From positions 1 through 63,801 of the forward strand of contig JAAILG010001642.1 of assembly GCA_012026655.1 (NCBI GenBank): 63,801 bases of DNA. The letters run 5' to 3'. The DNA comes from Hydrolagus affinis (taxonomy: Eukaryota). The notes beneath the pieces are model-generated. The model saw only the letters and a program-made list of their open reading frames with translations, made no database searches and had not been told where the DNA came from. How positions within the stretch are numbered: the stretch's first letter is position 1; every line of letters starts with the position of its first letter. Of the stretch, positions 27,471 to 41,819 are shown piece after piece. The translations under genes and the position numbers were made by a program.

Positions 27471-27668
27471 ATTTAAAAGTGTTGTCATAAATATATATAT
27501 CTCTATATACATCTACAGTACATATACATAGACAAACTCCAAAGTAAACTTTAGATTGGATAAAATAATTGAAATGTTCCTTCAATCACCAAACAAAACC
27601 CTTTATCTGGCTGTATTTTCAAAATGTCACATCCCTGGGAAACAGGAAGATAAGCTTCCTGAGTACTG

Positions 27669-27830
27669 CATGGGTAAAGGCAGTGCCCATTGTATAACTC
27701 CGCAGAAGGTTGCAGGTTTGATTCTTGGTCTTATGTGCCGAGTTAGCTGATCTCAGCTTGATACGTAATTCAAGTGATACGACTGACTTTAGTACCTCTG
27801 AGTTCTGAATGGGGAGAAAAAAAATCATTC
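27669..27830 (+). mobile_element. AmnSINE2-like SINE 5' part (name tentative)
   Basis: GAAGGTTGCAGGTTTGATTCTTGGTC..TGTGCCGAGTTAGCTGATCTCAGC: a B-box-like GGTTTGATTC followed by the family motif GAGTTAGCTGATCTCAGC. Confidence 0.6.
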
Positions 27831-29758
27831 TGCCTTCAGGATTCCTTGTAAAGAAATCCTGTTAAAAAAAAAGCACAAATTATACCTCTTCGTTACACAA
27901 AAGATCCAAAAGAGACTCAATGCCAGCAAAGCTACAAGGAATGAGTGCCAATTAGTAGGCAGCTGGCACTCGTTGGAGTACATCAACCACAGAACCTGCA
28001 GAGGCTGGTAACCTTCCACACACAAGACATCGGCAGCGATCAGAAACCATATTTATTGCAATGACAAAAAAAAGCTAAAGTGCATGGAACAAATGTAATG
28101 AAATGCGGTGGTGGTGGCGGAGCACGATTGGATTGATTTCACTTGGGGCCCTTGTGAATTATGTTTTTCTCTCACTTTGGAAATAAACTCAGTGAACTAT
28201 TTCAACCGACGCAATCTCCTACATTCTTTGTCTTTCGCTAAATACTGGGGCCATTTCCTTTTCATGGCACCACAGACGTGGCTCAATACAGTATTTGAAG
28301 AAAGTTACTTGATTTACAACCATGCCTTGATTGTTGTGAAAATTTGGAATTTTGCTGACCTTTAACCTACCTTTGTACTCTCGGGAGGCTACACAACTGG
28401 TCTTCGGAGATACGTGACACCCCCTTAATCATGTGATGTAATTATTATGTCATTCTGATTGATGAACCACTGTTTGCTGAAGTTCAGTGAAAGTATTGGT
28501 TTAGCTTTTTACATTTTAAGAGCATGGTAAGAGTCGTAGACAACAAAGCTTTTTACTTAACAGATCTTCAAACAACAGCAATATTGAAGTGCCAATGTGT
28601 GTTGCCCTGCTCATCACATTTAGACTGCTTTTTGAAAAGGATTCCCGAAAAGTGTTCTTTATGTATTTTGTTGTTATAGGGTATACACTTTTCTTTTCTC
28701 AATTCTAAATGTTACAGACAGGAACTTTGAATAAAATAAATCTGATATTGAATACAAATAAAACAAAAGGATAAAATGCAATAATTGCTAGAATGCATTC
28801 TGGGTGGATTCACAATGAAATACAGTAAAAGTGCTGTTTGATCATTTGAGGGTTACCACTGACGTCACTGCCTCCACGAGGCTTCTGTGTGCCAGCTTGA
28901 AAAACCTCCTCAGCAGGGATGAATTAGTGGGACAGCTTCCATCAGGAGGAAAAGGAATTATAGCTTTATGTCATGAGGGTAGAATGAGATTTTAGCTCAA
29001 CTACTTGATGTAAAGACAACGGTGAAATGCTTTTAACCTTTGACCTGCTGAAAATCCATCTGAAATCCATCTTTAGCAGTATAAGGGTTAACACATGAGT
29101 CCAGTCACCAGCTAGAATTAAAGTGCACTATTTGCCACTTTCATACCTGAAATGTTTCCATCTTAATATTGAATCATGGGGCAGAATCCTCAGTTCCATG
29201 TTACACTATACAGTATTCTGTCCTGGGCTCAAGCCCTCTGTGAATTCTATTATTTCTCTCCAATGAGGGTATGTTCAACATAGTGATGGTCACTCACTTC
29301 AGATGGGAAGTGGAGGCAAAACATGGAAGACTCGCAGAAGAGAATGTTAAAGCTCCCTCTGCATTGTAATTAATCTCATTATAACTTTAATTTAATTATC
29401 TGGTTGAAGACTACCATTATTACAGATGTGCTGGAACACAGTGGAAGGTGCAGATTCTAAGATTTGTTTTAATTTGGTCGCTTGTGAGTTGTCAGCTTTT
29501 ACTCACCAGTGTAATTTTTCCCTTTGCGCAGCCTCTGTGAATACGGCTTGCAATCTACAAATAAACATGTGCGTTTTCTCCTGATAGCTGCATTACCCTT
29601 TTTCTTCAAGATTTCAAACTTGGGGTTCAACATGTGGTCTAAATGTTGTAATTTCTAATGTATCTTTAAGAACATACAAGCCTGTGATAGAGGCAGAAAT
29701 TACGGCCCTTCGCTTGACAATCCCCTCCCCACATACTCCCCCCACCCACCAACCCACC

Positions 29759-29815
29759 AAGCGCTCTGGGACTCTATCCCGTGTGAAGGGCGCTATATAA
29801 ATGCAAGTTGTTGTT
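29759..29815 (+). mobile_element. L2-type tail-only insertion
   Basis: AAGCGCTCTGGGACTCTATCCCGTGTGAAGGGCGCTATATAAATGCAA(GTT)n. Confidence 0.8.
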
Positions 29816-30259
29816 CTCTGTGCTTAGATTGTACAAACCGGGTGGCGGATTACACTTCCAGTTGTTGGTTTTTGGGCACAGGTTACTAGGACAGCAATTT
29901 ACGCAGAACTAATACAATGATCCCACTAACAACCAGGTGTTTGTTAAAATCTTAAGTTAATAATGCTGTCCCAAATTAAAGGCATAATTTAGCTTTATTC
30001 AACATTGTGAATGGTGATTGGGAGGGGCTAAGGGAACCCACCTCCAGTACATCCAAGGACATTTGTAATCATTATAAATGATTAGATTTACACGGCATAT
30101 TAGACCCTTTTCTCCCTTGTGTAAATCAATGATGATGCCACACTTGCACAAATGCTGCACAAATCCTTGTCTCCTACCTTCAAAATTATATTGATGTTTT
30201 GGAGAGGGTCAAAGAGAGACCAGTGATTCTTAGGCTTGAGGCTCTCTTTTTGAGGGGAG

Positions 30260-30420
30260 ACTCGCAGACCTGAACTTGGTTTCATTACAATAGATCATAG
30301 GAGAGTGGGAGATTGCACTCTTTACAACATTGAAAGGAATGGATAATGCACGTGTAAGTAGGCTATGTGATAGACCACAGGGCACAGAACATAGGCAAAG
30401 GTTCAGCAGGGCTTGAGTGA
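30260..30420 (+). mobile_element. Possible decayed CR1 ORF2 C-terminal remnant
   Basis: GGAGATTGC...TTTACAACATTGAAAGGAATGGAT...ACCACAGGGCAC resembles GDxIxxFKxLKGxD...TRGH. Confidence 0.3.
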
Positions 30421-30693
30421 GTCGAGGTTAAAAAGATGTGTTCTCTATTGAGTTCCCTTTTTCAAATACTCAAAGTCCAAGGCTCATGGTGGAATTGAGA
30501 TGGGGACATGGTTTGCTAAGATCATGCATTATGCACAATCTTGTGAGCTGCAAGTCAACTTTTACCTTTTGATACTTACTGCTAAATGCTTTGCATTGTG
30601 ATAGAAACTGATTTTGGCATTGTTGTACAGAGGTACAGTGCATCTGGACCCACCTCAGTAAAGTGAATGACTGAAGGAGCTTTCAAACCAATG

Positions 30694-30980
30694 CCCTGTC
30701 TGTCTGCCCAGGTGGACGTTAAAGATCCAATGACAGCAATCAAAAAATTAAGGGAGTTTTTTCTGGTGTCGAGGCCAACAATCTCCCACATAAAATTGGT
30801 AATTCACTTCATGGCTGCTTGAGGGATATTGTTGAGCACAAATTAGCTGCTGCGTTGATCTATAAAATACACAGTATCTACACATCACAGTTATTGCAGT
30901 GAAGTGCTTTGAGACATTGTCATAATATGAAAGACTGTATCAAATGCAAGGATTATTATTACTATTATTATTATTATTAT
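30694..30980 (+). mobile_element. 5'-truncated DeuSINE
   Basis: CTGTCTGCCCAGGTGGACGTTAAAGATCCAATGAC (Deu core) through ATCAAATGCAAGG(ATT)n. Confidence 0.85.
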
Positions 30981-32162
30981 CATAAGTGGACCTTGTCTGA
31001 ATATAATTGAGAATCCCAGCTGTACTAAAATATGCATCTATATATTTGCAGAGTTGAAAAGACCATGCCATGTATTCACTGACTGTTGAATAACTTGGAT
31101 TTTCCTTATTTTGGGCAGAGGTTCTGGGTAAGAATCTTTGTGTTGACCAGCACAACAATCTTCAGCAGTTTTGTACCTCCTGATCGGATCACCCATCCCT
31201 ACAACTGCTCAGCTGCTGCCTGCGATTATCATCCATGGAACTTTCCTGTGATTTTATGAAACTGTTTCTGTGTCATTTTGCAAATGTGGTTTAAGATTAA
31301 TGTCATTTTACAATATAATATTACAGTTAGAGTGTATCTAGCCGTTCAGAATTCTCTCAAAATTGTGCATAGATATACTTCCATCAATAAATCCACACTC
31401 CCCATACCTTGACACAGCCATACAACCTCAGTGATTGACATTATCACTACTAAATGTCTGTCTCTGAAAGAAATGTCTCCATTCCAAAATTAGCTAACCA
31501 TCCACATCAAAATAACTTGAACGTGGTCTCATTTCACCAGGATATTGATCCTCTGCAGTTTACTGGATTAAATGCTGGCTTCCCATAAAAAGAGTAGCCG
31601 CTTTGTCTTTGTTTGTGGACCGATACATACACATACGTCTGTGTACAATCCATACACTATTACTGGGTTTGAGAGTGCTTAATATTTGTGTGTAATGTTA
31701 CAAAGCAGATCAGCAAATCGGCGGTAGAAAGGCATGAAGTTTCCTTCATATAAATTCTGCACAAAGCGAATTTATTCCAAAGGTTTACAATAAAAGTGCA
31801 TTATTTCTGATCAATAGTTTATCCCTGCTCGCCTTCACTTGATGTACCACAAGGTTGCAAGCTGTTCTTTCTTTTTGGATATTGCACGTTAATTGCACAT
31901 TAATGCAATTTATTTTCTGCACCTGATATCTCTGTTATTTGATTCAGATTTGCTTTTGCATTTCTTGCATAAGTGCATATCACTGAATAGCCAGGCGTGT
32001 GGTGTGATGTGTTCGTTATAAGATCATGCTTCAAGTGTACCTATCTAAGAAATGGGACATGAAGACATTTATTTACTTTGTACTGATTTTTCTTTTGTGT
32101 TTCTTTTCTGTGTAAAATTTCTTCTAATCACTCTATTACTATTTATATAATGAATGAATTGT

Positions 32163-32455
32163 AGGTGCTGTCCTGTGAATAAGATGTTAAATTGAGGGCC
32201 CTTCTGCCTATTCAGGGTGATGTTAAAGATCACTTTACAGTATTCAAATCGTGAGAGGCATTTCACCCAGCATCTTGGCCAACAATCCTCCAGAGAGAAA
32301 ACAAATGGTAATTCACTTCATGACTATTTGTAGAACATTACTGTACACAAACTCTTCTTCAAATGCACAGATACGACACATCAGAGAAAACTCTGTGAAG
32401 CCCTTGCAGACGTGATAAGATGCGAGATCAAATGGAAGGATTAGTATCATTATTA
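32163..32455 (+). mobile_element. 5'-truncated, diverged DeuSINE
   Basis: GATGTTAAATTGAGGGCCCTTCTGCCTATTCAGG.TGATGTTAAAGATC...TGGCCAACAATCC...TAATTCACTTCATG, then the tail. Confidence 0.75.
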
Positions 32456-34767
32456 AAATCCTGTTTCGAAGACACATTGAAAAGATTGTACTTTAGCATT
32501 TGGCCTAGGACTGGAATATTTAATACAAAAATGTGCCTGTTTCGGCTGCTCAATCCTTCAAGAGAATGTTAAAGAGCAGTTTTGTGAAAGGTACAATCTG
32601 GTTTGTTTTCTTGTTTTCATGCTTATTCTTTGAATTTTTTCATGTGGAAGAACGATGCAAATAGTTTGATCAGGAGAGCTGCCTGGTAGGAGTAGCTGAG
32701 CCAGATGGTCGGATGGAGTTGCATGCACATCAGAATATTCAGCCAACACTTGAGTGTTTCAGTGAAGTTGTAATTCCAAATTAAGTATGTTCAGTTCTCA
32801 AGCATATCCAGTCGCAATATTACCTTCCAGAAAGTCCCCCCTAGTGATTTTCAGCTTACTGTTCAAGCAAAATATCTCCCCTCCATAAAATTAACACTTA
32901 TATGCTTGCGCTGTCTGAAAATGAATCATTTCACACTTGTTTTAGTTTTCTGATGGAACACTCTCTGTGTGCTATTAGCCAATTTCTGTTTTCTTTAACA
33001 TCTCTAGCTTGTATGCTAGAGATGATAGCATACAAAAAGTGCATGAAAAAAGTGATCTTTTCCAAGGCAGATTTGGTACGATATTCCATAGTGTCTGTTA
33101 TCGAAACTCACATAATAACATTTTAGATAACACTGTAGATAGAAATATATCCTGTACTTTGCAAATTGAAAAATAAATATTATCTCAGGGTGGAGAATCA
33201 GGGAAATCCTTATAAAACTTGGTTTGATGAACAATTCATCAAAGCCTGGAAAACTATGTTCAATTTATTAGCTAAATCTTCAGCCCAGCAAGGGTGCAAT
33301 CTGTCAAATGTAGTTTAACTCTACACATTGACCTGGATATGTTTCCTTTAGAAAACTTGTTGTATGTAACAGCATATGGGTTTTTAATTAAGCTGTACAA
33401 GTAGAAAGTAGGTACACTAAATCAACTTATTAAACATTTATCTTTTGTATGGGATGGAGTTATGATGCACCTTGGGTGCCAAAATAATAGACTGGTTTGA
33501 ATATGTACAGAAGTTTATGTTGCCTTGATAGATTCGATACAACTGTAGCTCGTTTTATGCTGAAATATTCACAGCCTGGAGAAGTTTCTGTTTTTCGCTT
33601 CTTTAAGAGGATGATTTTATTTGATGTTCTTTAAATAGTGCTGATGTTTGCTTTAATTTACAAATATCTATCAACGTTCTCAAGACTTGCAAATCTGCTT
33701 TGAACAATTTAGCCAATTTTTTGTGTTTCAAAGCTTGCTCTGGCAATGATTTTTACCCCAGGTATCACTGTACTACCATTTCTTACATTCAGCTTAATTT
33801 TGAATCTACAAAAAAGCTTGTGATCCCACAAGCAGATGTGTAATAACAGAGTCTTGGCTGTGCTGTTGTTAAATGGATCAAACAGCTAACAGACCCAGAT
33901 GTAAATCCACTCTACCATTAATATATGTTTTGGAAGCCACAACTTGGAAGCAACTTTCAAAGTATTTATTAAGAAAAAGGAAAGAAAGACCATATAAACC
34001 AAATTATTCAATGATGGCAATGATCACAGACATGTAAACATAAATTTTTTAAAAATGTTTTTTCTCTGCAAGCTTAATCTGCCTAATTAGTGATAATTAA
34101 AGGAGAAAGTATTATAAGAGGAAGTAATTTTAATATAAATCTTAAGCACCCACATCCTTTTTAAACTAGCTTCTGAGCAATTCTTAAGGCTTTTCCTCAG
34201 AAGCTGACAGACGTGTCTTTAAAGTGAGTGTGAGCTGGATACACTGAGCTGGCGTTATATGAGAGATTCCCAGTGCAAAGCGACTCTTGTATCCATTAGA
34301 GACAACGATTTGTGCTCCTAATTCAATACAAACAGGAGCCTAGAAAATAGAAGACATTGTACATTTCACAAAGCTACATTAAAGTTGATCAGACACTGGC
34401 TCAACTTAGAAACTGTAAACCATTACACCACAGGAGAGAATAAATGTTTATCTGAGTACAGGACCCCTCTTTGCCTCTAGGCTTTCCAAGCTCAAAGACT
34501 TTGGGTACTGGGTTGCAACACTTTGTCATGATGTCCGAACAACCCCTGGGATCTGGCATCCCACTGTCAGCTGCGAGCGTAGTGATGTGAAAGGAGTTTG
34601 GAGGTAGTGTTAGCCCTTTTCCTGGTGGACACAAATTTGTCGCTAATTGATATTAAATTGACAGTCACAGTCAGAGAAGCCACGAGGGTAAATGGCACAG
34701 GATATGAAAAAAATCATAATGATACAAGTACTGTACTCTTTGAATAGAGCAGTTTGGAGGCAGCTTC

Positions 34768-34876
34768 AATAATAATCCTTGCATTTGATATAGCGCTTTC
34801 CACATCTTATCAACGTCCCAAAGCGCTTCACAGAATATACTGTAAAGTGAATTGACTGTATATATTTGTGGGCGAA
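34768..34876 (-). mobile_element. SINE 3' tail, low divergence
   Basis: AATAATAATCCTTGCATTTGATATAGCGCTTTCCACATCTTATCAACGTCCCAAAGCGCTTCACAGAATATACTGTAAAGTGAATTGACTG. Confidence 0.92.
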
Positions 34877-37079
34877 TCTTCCCGTAACCTAGTGTGCTTG
34901 TTGCTAACACAATACACTCAAACTGAAAAGAGGTTCATTTCCTCAGCCTTGATGTCCCTCAGCTTTGTAATGATGCCTCAATGATTTTGTCCATTTACTC
35001 TAAGAATGGAAAGTGAATCAGAATAGATTGAGTTATGTACTCAGAGGGCACTTCATTTCCCTGTAGCTGGAGTCAATCTCCAGCATGCTTATCAAGCACA
35101 TCCCATTGGACACTTGTCGGAACATCTCTAAATGGCACTCAGAAGGAAGTGAAGATGTTTCCTAGATCTGGGTCCTGGACAAACTCGGGGCAGGGGCATT
35201 AGCTTTATCGCTCTCTAGTGATGCTATCATCAACACAGTTCAATGCATATAAGCAAGAGGTTAGCTACGACTCTGCAGCCTTGCTAAGCACTAGAAACAA
35301 TAGAATTTCATCAGTGCCGTCAGTCAGAGAGTACATAGGAAGTGCAGAGTAGGATACTCAGTTGACCTTTCTTTAGATAATTACTAATTGAGACCATATG
35401 TCCTCCAGAGCATTTAGATTTCTGTTCAATAATCAACCTGCCCAGCTTTTCTCCCCAGGCATTTTTGCTGTGATCAGAGCTGACTGGGATCACAAATGTA
35501 AGAACAGTCCCAAGGAACAAGATACCTCAACCATATACATAACAAAATAGATCCTCAGTGTCACTGAGAACCCAGTGAGCAGCATGGTTCTTTTCTTTAA
35601 AATGGAATGGAAGCAGTTTCCTCTAAATTTATCTATAAATACACAGCCACTACACCTCACAGTAAAAATCCAAGGGGCATGGGGCAGTCCAACAAAGCTC
35701 TTTACAGGATTTTTTAAAGACTAGTTATGACATTGCTATATCAAATGCAGGGATTATTAGTTAGTATAAATTGAAAGTAAGACCTGACCTGCCCCGAACA
35801 GCTGAGAGAGACCAACGTCTGAGGTTAATGTTATTCTTTGTAGCAAATCCATGTTCCCCAGTTGAAATCTTAGGTATATAATGTCATCCAATGTTATAAT
35901 TCATTATCCTAAAATTAAAGATAATATAAAAAGGGTTCTTCTTTTTAGTACCTTCCTAGTTTAAATTCTATTAATGATGCAGTGATTATATCTCGTATTC
36001 AGCTGAACTCAAAGTATTGCACACAGTATTGGCCACACTTACTTGCTGCCAAAACATATTTTTCAACACAACAGGTTGTACTTAACTTTAATGGCTAAAA
36101 TTATGGTTTTGTAAATAAATGCGAATACTTATCATGAAAGTATCTCACTTGAGGTCAGCAGCTAAGTTACTCAAGCTTCACTCTCATTATATTGCAAACT
36201 CCCAAAATAAGCAGTTATTTCCTGAACCCTTTGCTAGTTCCCCATTATCCTTTATGCACTGCCATTCACAAACATGAAGGAATTATTGAGGTGGAAGTAG
36301 AAAACAAACCCAGAGTTGGAAGATTTTCCAGCACATTGCTTTTCATACAAGCCAGGTTCAAATGTGTCCAGGTCAACAGTCTGTCACAACAATGTTACCT
36401 TGAACATAACTTTCAACCTTCAGGCAAACACAGTGATAACATCCAACACAACCATATCCAAGAGACCTATTGCTGATGGGAGCAGTCATTTTTATAGCCC
36501 TGTATGCCTGTGAACCTTATAGCTGTATTGTTTGCCATAATAGCCTCCATATGGTTTAAATTATAAGAATGTATCATTATATTCTATCTGAGCAGAAGCC
36601 TCGCGAGAGTTTAAGTTTAAAGCTGGTGGAGCTCTCCCTGCAAGAATCACCGCAATTTTCCCTCTCACAATAGACCTCTCCCTCTTCGAGTGGGCAATCA
36701 TTGCACACTGAGTATTATGGTCCACTAAGTCTCAGTAGCAGATCAGTAGACAGATATAGAACAGTCTGACAAGCCTTCAATCACTATCTAGCTGGAATCT
36801 AAAATTAGTTATTCCTTTTATGGAAAGACAGCTCTATAGTGGTGAAATATATGACCAAGCAGGGAGAAACAAGGTCATTTGGCCTATTGTTAAAGAGTTT
36901 AACAATGGAAAATTAGCCATTTACCACCCAACTGATAATGCTCGATTTAGCACTTTTACACATGTAAATTTAACACCGGTGGTAAGCTAAGTCATCTAAT
37001 AGAACATTAGACGGAATATTCTTATCATGCAAATTAAATAGCTTAACAACTGGAAATGAACCACTTGACCTTTCTTAAT

Positions 37080-37179
37080 NNNNNNNNNNNNNNNNNNNNN
37101 NNNNNNNNNNNNNNNNNNNNNNNNNNNNNNNNNNNNNNNNNNNNNNNNNNNNNNNNNNNNNNNNNNNNNNNNNNNNNNN
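37080..37179. other. Assembly gap (100 N), followed by a CA/TG-type microsatellite at 37180-37221
   Basis: Run of N with adjacent CACATACATGCGCATGCATGCATGCATACACACATACACAC. Confidence 0.99.
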
Positions 37180-37564
37180 CACATACATGCGCATGCATGC
37201 ATGCATACACACATACACACAAAGATACAAGCCACTTTTTTAGGCAGCACTAGATTGATATGCTAGTTAAAGAATAGATAAAAAAACAACTCTGGCACTC
37301 AAATGCTGGGTTAATTTCCAAAAAGCTACAGCAAGCATGGTCTTAATAACCTATTATAAATATCCATAAAACTAGAGAAAATGTTGAATTGTTGTACTGG
37401 GGGAAAAAAGACTTCCTGGCACAGAGAACAAAATACCAAACACATCCACTGAGTCCCCAGCTCTAGACAACCATCTAATTCATAATTTAAAAAGATCAAT
37501 CACTTTTAATTTAGCTCATAGACACCAAAACACTTGATAATACTCATCACTAAATTATATTCAC

Positions 37565-37900
37565 ATAATATAATATAATAATAATAATAATCCTTACATT
37601 TATATAGCGCTTCGATGTCTCAAAGCGCTTCTAATCATTTCTTTATAAAACAACCATTGAGGAAACAACAAAGCCTTTGAGTTTATATAAGTGTCCTTTA
37701 AGTAGAATAATATCTCAGCATGGTTTACGATGACAGAGACACAGAGGCAAGGTGGGTAGGGTGGGAAGGAGTGATCGTAGTAGATATTAAGGTGGGACGT
37801 GAAGACAAATAGTGAGCGGGAGAGATGTAGTGGTCGAGGAAGGGAGTTCCAGAGATTAGAAGGACCTTAAGAGTGTAGAATTGGAAAGCCTGACATGACG
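37565..37900 (-). mobile_element. SINE/L2 tail plus decayed L2 ORF2 end
   Basis: (AAT)nCCTTACATTTATATAGCGCTT...CAAAGCGCTT at 37565-37631. GGGAGTTCCAGAG near 37850 encodes LWNS on the minus strand. Confidence 0.55.
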
Positions 37901-38000
37901 GCAAAGGAGTTGTATAAATACAATTTGCCATTGCATGACTACCGTTAATGGTTTGTCTTTGTACAAAGTAAAACATTTGAGTATTTTGATATTTTTCATC

Positions 38001-38265
38001 TGTAGAACTGTAGAAATGTACAATACAGAAGAAGGCCACTTGGCTAATCCTGCCCATGCTGGCTTTTTGAAAGAGCAATCCATTCGGTACCATTCAGTAC
38101 TGCTTTTCTCCCCAAACTCTGCTGTTTATTCCTCTGTAGGAATTTAGCTAGAAAGCTAATGAAGATCCTGCCCTGATCATTACACCCAGAAATGCATTCT
38201 ACACCCTAACAATTCTCTGTGTAAAAAGACTTCCTCCTTAACTCCCCCATTCCTACCTTTCTAAC
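38001..38265 (-). mobile_element. CR1/HER1-type LINE 3' end
   Basis: Minus-strand GAGGAAGTCTTTTTACACAGAGAATTGTTAGGGTGTAGAATGCA resembles CR1 RxFFTQRVVxxWN. 3' UTR similar to 16327-16458. Confidence 0.7.
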
Positions 38266-38561
38266 TCTCATTAATCGATTCCCTCCGGGTCACTGACTCA
38301 CCGACCAGTAATTTCCATCCATATAATATTGGTTCTGCACTCTCAATGTAGGAAAGAATTAAAATGCAGCATAATTGTAAAGATGGTAAATGAGTTACAA
38401 AAACCCAAACTCTTTGTCGGATTGCTTCATATGCACCGCAAATGGAAACCAATAAACATGTTCATATAGAATTCAAGAGGAAATGCTGAACTTATGCCAG
38501 TTCTATGACTATTTCTTCGAGAAACAAGAAGTATTGACCCTAATATTGCTGGTGTCCACAT

Positions 38562-38700
38562 AGCTTTGGGACGTCCTCCCGACGTGAAAGGCGCTCTATA
38601 AATGTAATTTTGTTGTTGTTGTTGTAGCTTCTTTAAGTGGTGCTCTGTTGCTGGTACTGTTGGGATGTCCTCCTGGCATGAAAGGGACCCTATAAATGTT
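38562..38700 (+). mobile_element. Two adjacent L2 tail-only fragments
   Basis: GCTTTGGGACGTCCTCCCGACGTGAAAGGCGCTCTATAAATGTAATTTT(GTT)n at 38562-38625, and a more decayed copy at 38660-38700. Confidence 0.8.
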
Positions 38701-41060
38701 GTACTGCAGAGGAATTATCTTGTCAGGGGCTTGTGGGGAATCAGAGTTCCGAATGTCAATCGGAATTTAACATAAGACTTTGTCTAGACTCTCCAATGGC
38801 ATAACCAACCAAACTGTAGTGTTTAGCCTTGAAACTGGGCAAAAAATAGAGCCTTTAGAGCCAGCCTTAAACTGGTATGGGATTGTTTTGTATTCAAGTG
38901 ATACAGAGCGGGATGCGGAACAGGAGGATGGATGGGCCACAAAGATAAAGTGTGGAGAACCGTATTTGTATTTTAAAAAGACAAAAAAATAGTGAATGGA
39001 AATTTTGAATAGGACATCAGAGTAATGAACAAAATTAGAATAATGTAAGAGTGGTAGAAAGAATGAGGAAAACAGAAAGAAACTGCAACACAAAAGTTGA
39101 CTTTTGAAAGTATTTTTATTGTTGAAAATGCTTTCTTGTAAAGTGAAGTTAATATTCAGGTAGTACAACTGACCCTTTGTGTAGCTTTATTACTGGAAAA
39201 TCAGTGCATGTCTTAGTGTCACATTATGTGAGCCAAAAAATATTTTAAACCAATTGCTGCCCCAAAGAACCTGAAATCCCCTGGAGCTGCCAGTCATCAT
39301 AGGATTGAACCCTACTTCAAACCTGCTTTAATTGCACACATAATTGGCACTCGTATAATTGAAGCAAAATTGTTACGAGATTTGAATTGGGCCATTCTAC
39401 CCCTTAGTAATTGGTTTAATTGATGATTTGCTACTTGGGAGGGAACGCACTCCAATAAGTAGAGTGGTTCCAACTTGTGTTTCAGTAATCATTCCATTCT
39501 GTGTTGAATTGCTGGTGACATCCATGGTTCTGGTATTGGGAAGACCTGAGCATTAAGTTAGAGGAAATCTATGCATGGACCATTGGTACATTAGTACAGT
39601 GACTGTCACCGTGAGCAAGATAACCTGTCCATTATTAGAAAATAACTAGAGTTGTTCTGGAAAAACTAGGTGGGGCAGTATGACAGCATATTGATCTTTC
39701 ATCTTCGAAGCCTTGGTTTTGAATCTACACTGAAGTCTCAGCCTGCCTTTGTGAAATGAATGTAAAGTTTTTAACTTACTTCTCCAAGGAAGTGATGGCT
39801 CAAAGAGTGTGGACTAATCTAACGCTACTACAAAATAAACCAAATCAAGGAATGAAGAAACAGCTAAAGCCGAATAACTGGCCATTTTGATAAATGCTTC
39901 CTGTTGCTTTTGTTTTCAAGGTGAAGACTGCTGTGGTGTGAATGTTTACCGCTGGGGCTATTTTGTCTATAGTTGTTTCCTTTTTAAAAAAAAACAATCC
40001 TGGTCCAAAATCCAATGTTTTTCAGTCAACTAGTTCTGAGTTTATCAGGAACATTCTGTACCTCTCACACAATAGCTTCACCACTGTACACTCTTTGGTG
40101 TAGGACACTTGTGATTGCTTTTTTCATATGTGGGTCGCATTTGCAGTTGTCTTTTGTGAGGAATCTGTGTCAGAGAAATGGGGACTCTTTCTAGCAACCA
40201 GGAAGTGTCTCATAGTGATCTGCAGGAAGCGAACCCCAAGGCATTCCACCTGTACAGCAGAGTTCTTGTACGTTGATGAATATTCTAACCAATGCCATTA
40301 ATAATCCAGATTACACCCTGATAAAATGACCATTCACTTTCAAGCATGAAACACGCAACACATACTGACCGCTATTTCCTGTCACAAAGCTGCTTCACAA
40401 CCTCTTCCAGTTAATCATTTTTCTCCATTGAACTGATATTTGAGTACACTAAAATAACCACAAAACCCACATAAAACATAGGCTGTATCGGTTACAGCAT
40501 GACACCGGATTTAAGCAATAAGTTGACCTGACTGCATAACACACGAGCACCAAAGTCTCCCTTGTCTGCTCATTTCCACTTATCAAGCTGAGCATGGGAT
40601 TCTATAACAATTGCTTATTTTTCCTGATATTGCTCTTCAGTGTGGGAATGTCATTTTTGTGGTTTGTAAAGAGGGCTAACGTGTTCTGCAGTGACAGATG
40701 AATAGGTCACTGAAGTCACGCGGTATGGTCACAGTGGCATATGGAATGCAGACAGGCATCAGTGTGATTCACAGAAAGAAGCAGAGAACAGAACAGTACG
40801 GCAACCGGGTCAGAAGCAAGTGGAGATGTGAACAAGGGCAAACAGTAAATCAGCAGCGGAGTAGATAGAAGGAAATATTGGTCATGAAACAGGCAACAGA
40901 GAAGAATGAGAAAGAGGAATGAACTCAAGGAGTAGACACAGAATCGGGAGCTAAACATTGGTTTTTCCTATCAATTGAGTCGTACGTTGGTCAGTGTCTT
41001 TATCGTCATTGGGCAGGTATGGTAACTCTGGGAACCTACTGCTGAAGTATATAGTGTACA

Positions 41061-41190
41061 ATAATAATATTAATAGTCCTTGCAATTGACGTAGTGCCTT
41101 ATCATGTATTTGAGATTTCTCAAAGTGCTTTACAAAATATATTGTAAGTGGAGTGACTGTGCATTTTGTAAGCAAAATGCAGCTGTTTGA
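41061..41190 (-). mobile_element. SINE 3' tail
   Basis: AATAGTCCTTGCAATTG...CTCAAAGTGCTTTACA...GTGACTGTGCATTTTGT. Confidence 0.7.
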
Positions 41191-41781
41191 TTCTGAATAC
41201 ACAAGATCCAAAATTCAACCCACCTTCTTGGTCTCTGAAAAAACATTTGGTCTTCACATTTAAGTTCAAAGAAAATTGTGGAGAAATGTTTGTATTGAAG
41301 TTGAATTTGAAAGCTGGTTCTTTTAAGGAACTGCAGAAAACTGGCTTTCAAATGAAGTGAAGACTCAGTTTAATAATCTTCCAAGATTTTTGCCATGGAA
41401 TAGGTGACTGACATGTTTAAGTCACACTTCATTAACTGTTTCCTAACAGTTCAGTTAACCTACACAACCTATGGCTTATTCAGGTGTGTGTAATACAGGT
41501 GAATTTAATACTGAGATAATGACTTTTCAAACGATTTGGAAGAAAGCTTTTAGTTTCATATTTATTTCATGTTCATAACTGAGCAGAGAGGTAAAATGCA
41601 GTGTATCTATGATATTATATGCATGGACATAAAATGACCATTGATAATAAAAGTGTGCAATTGTTGGATCTCCATCCTTCACAATGTGAGCCTTGGCACC
41701 AAATGTTACCAGCCCATTTGATAATAGGAAGTCCCATCCTCATCCAACATGCACCCTATTTGTGGTATTCCCCTTCTTGTC

Positions 41782-41819
41782 TGAGGGCGCTATATAAATC
41801 GAAGTTGTTGTTGTTGTTG
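41782..41819 (+). mobile_element. L2-type tail stub
   Basis: GAGGGCGCTATATAAATCGAA(GTT)n. Confidence 0.7.
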
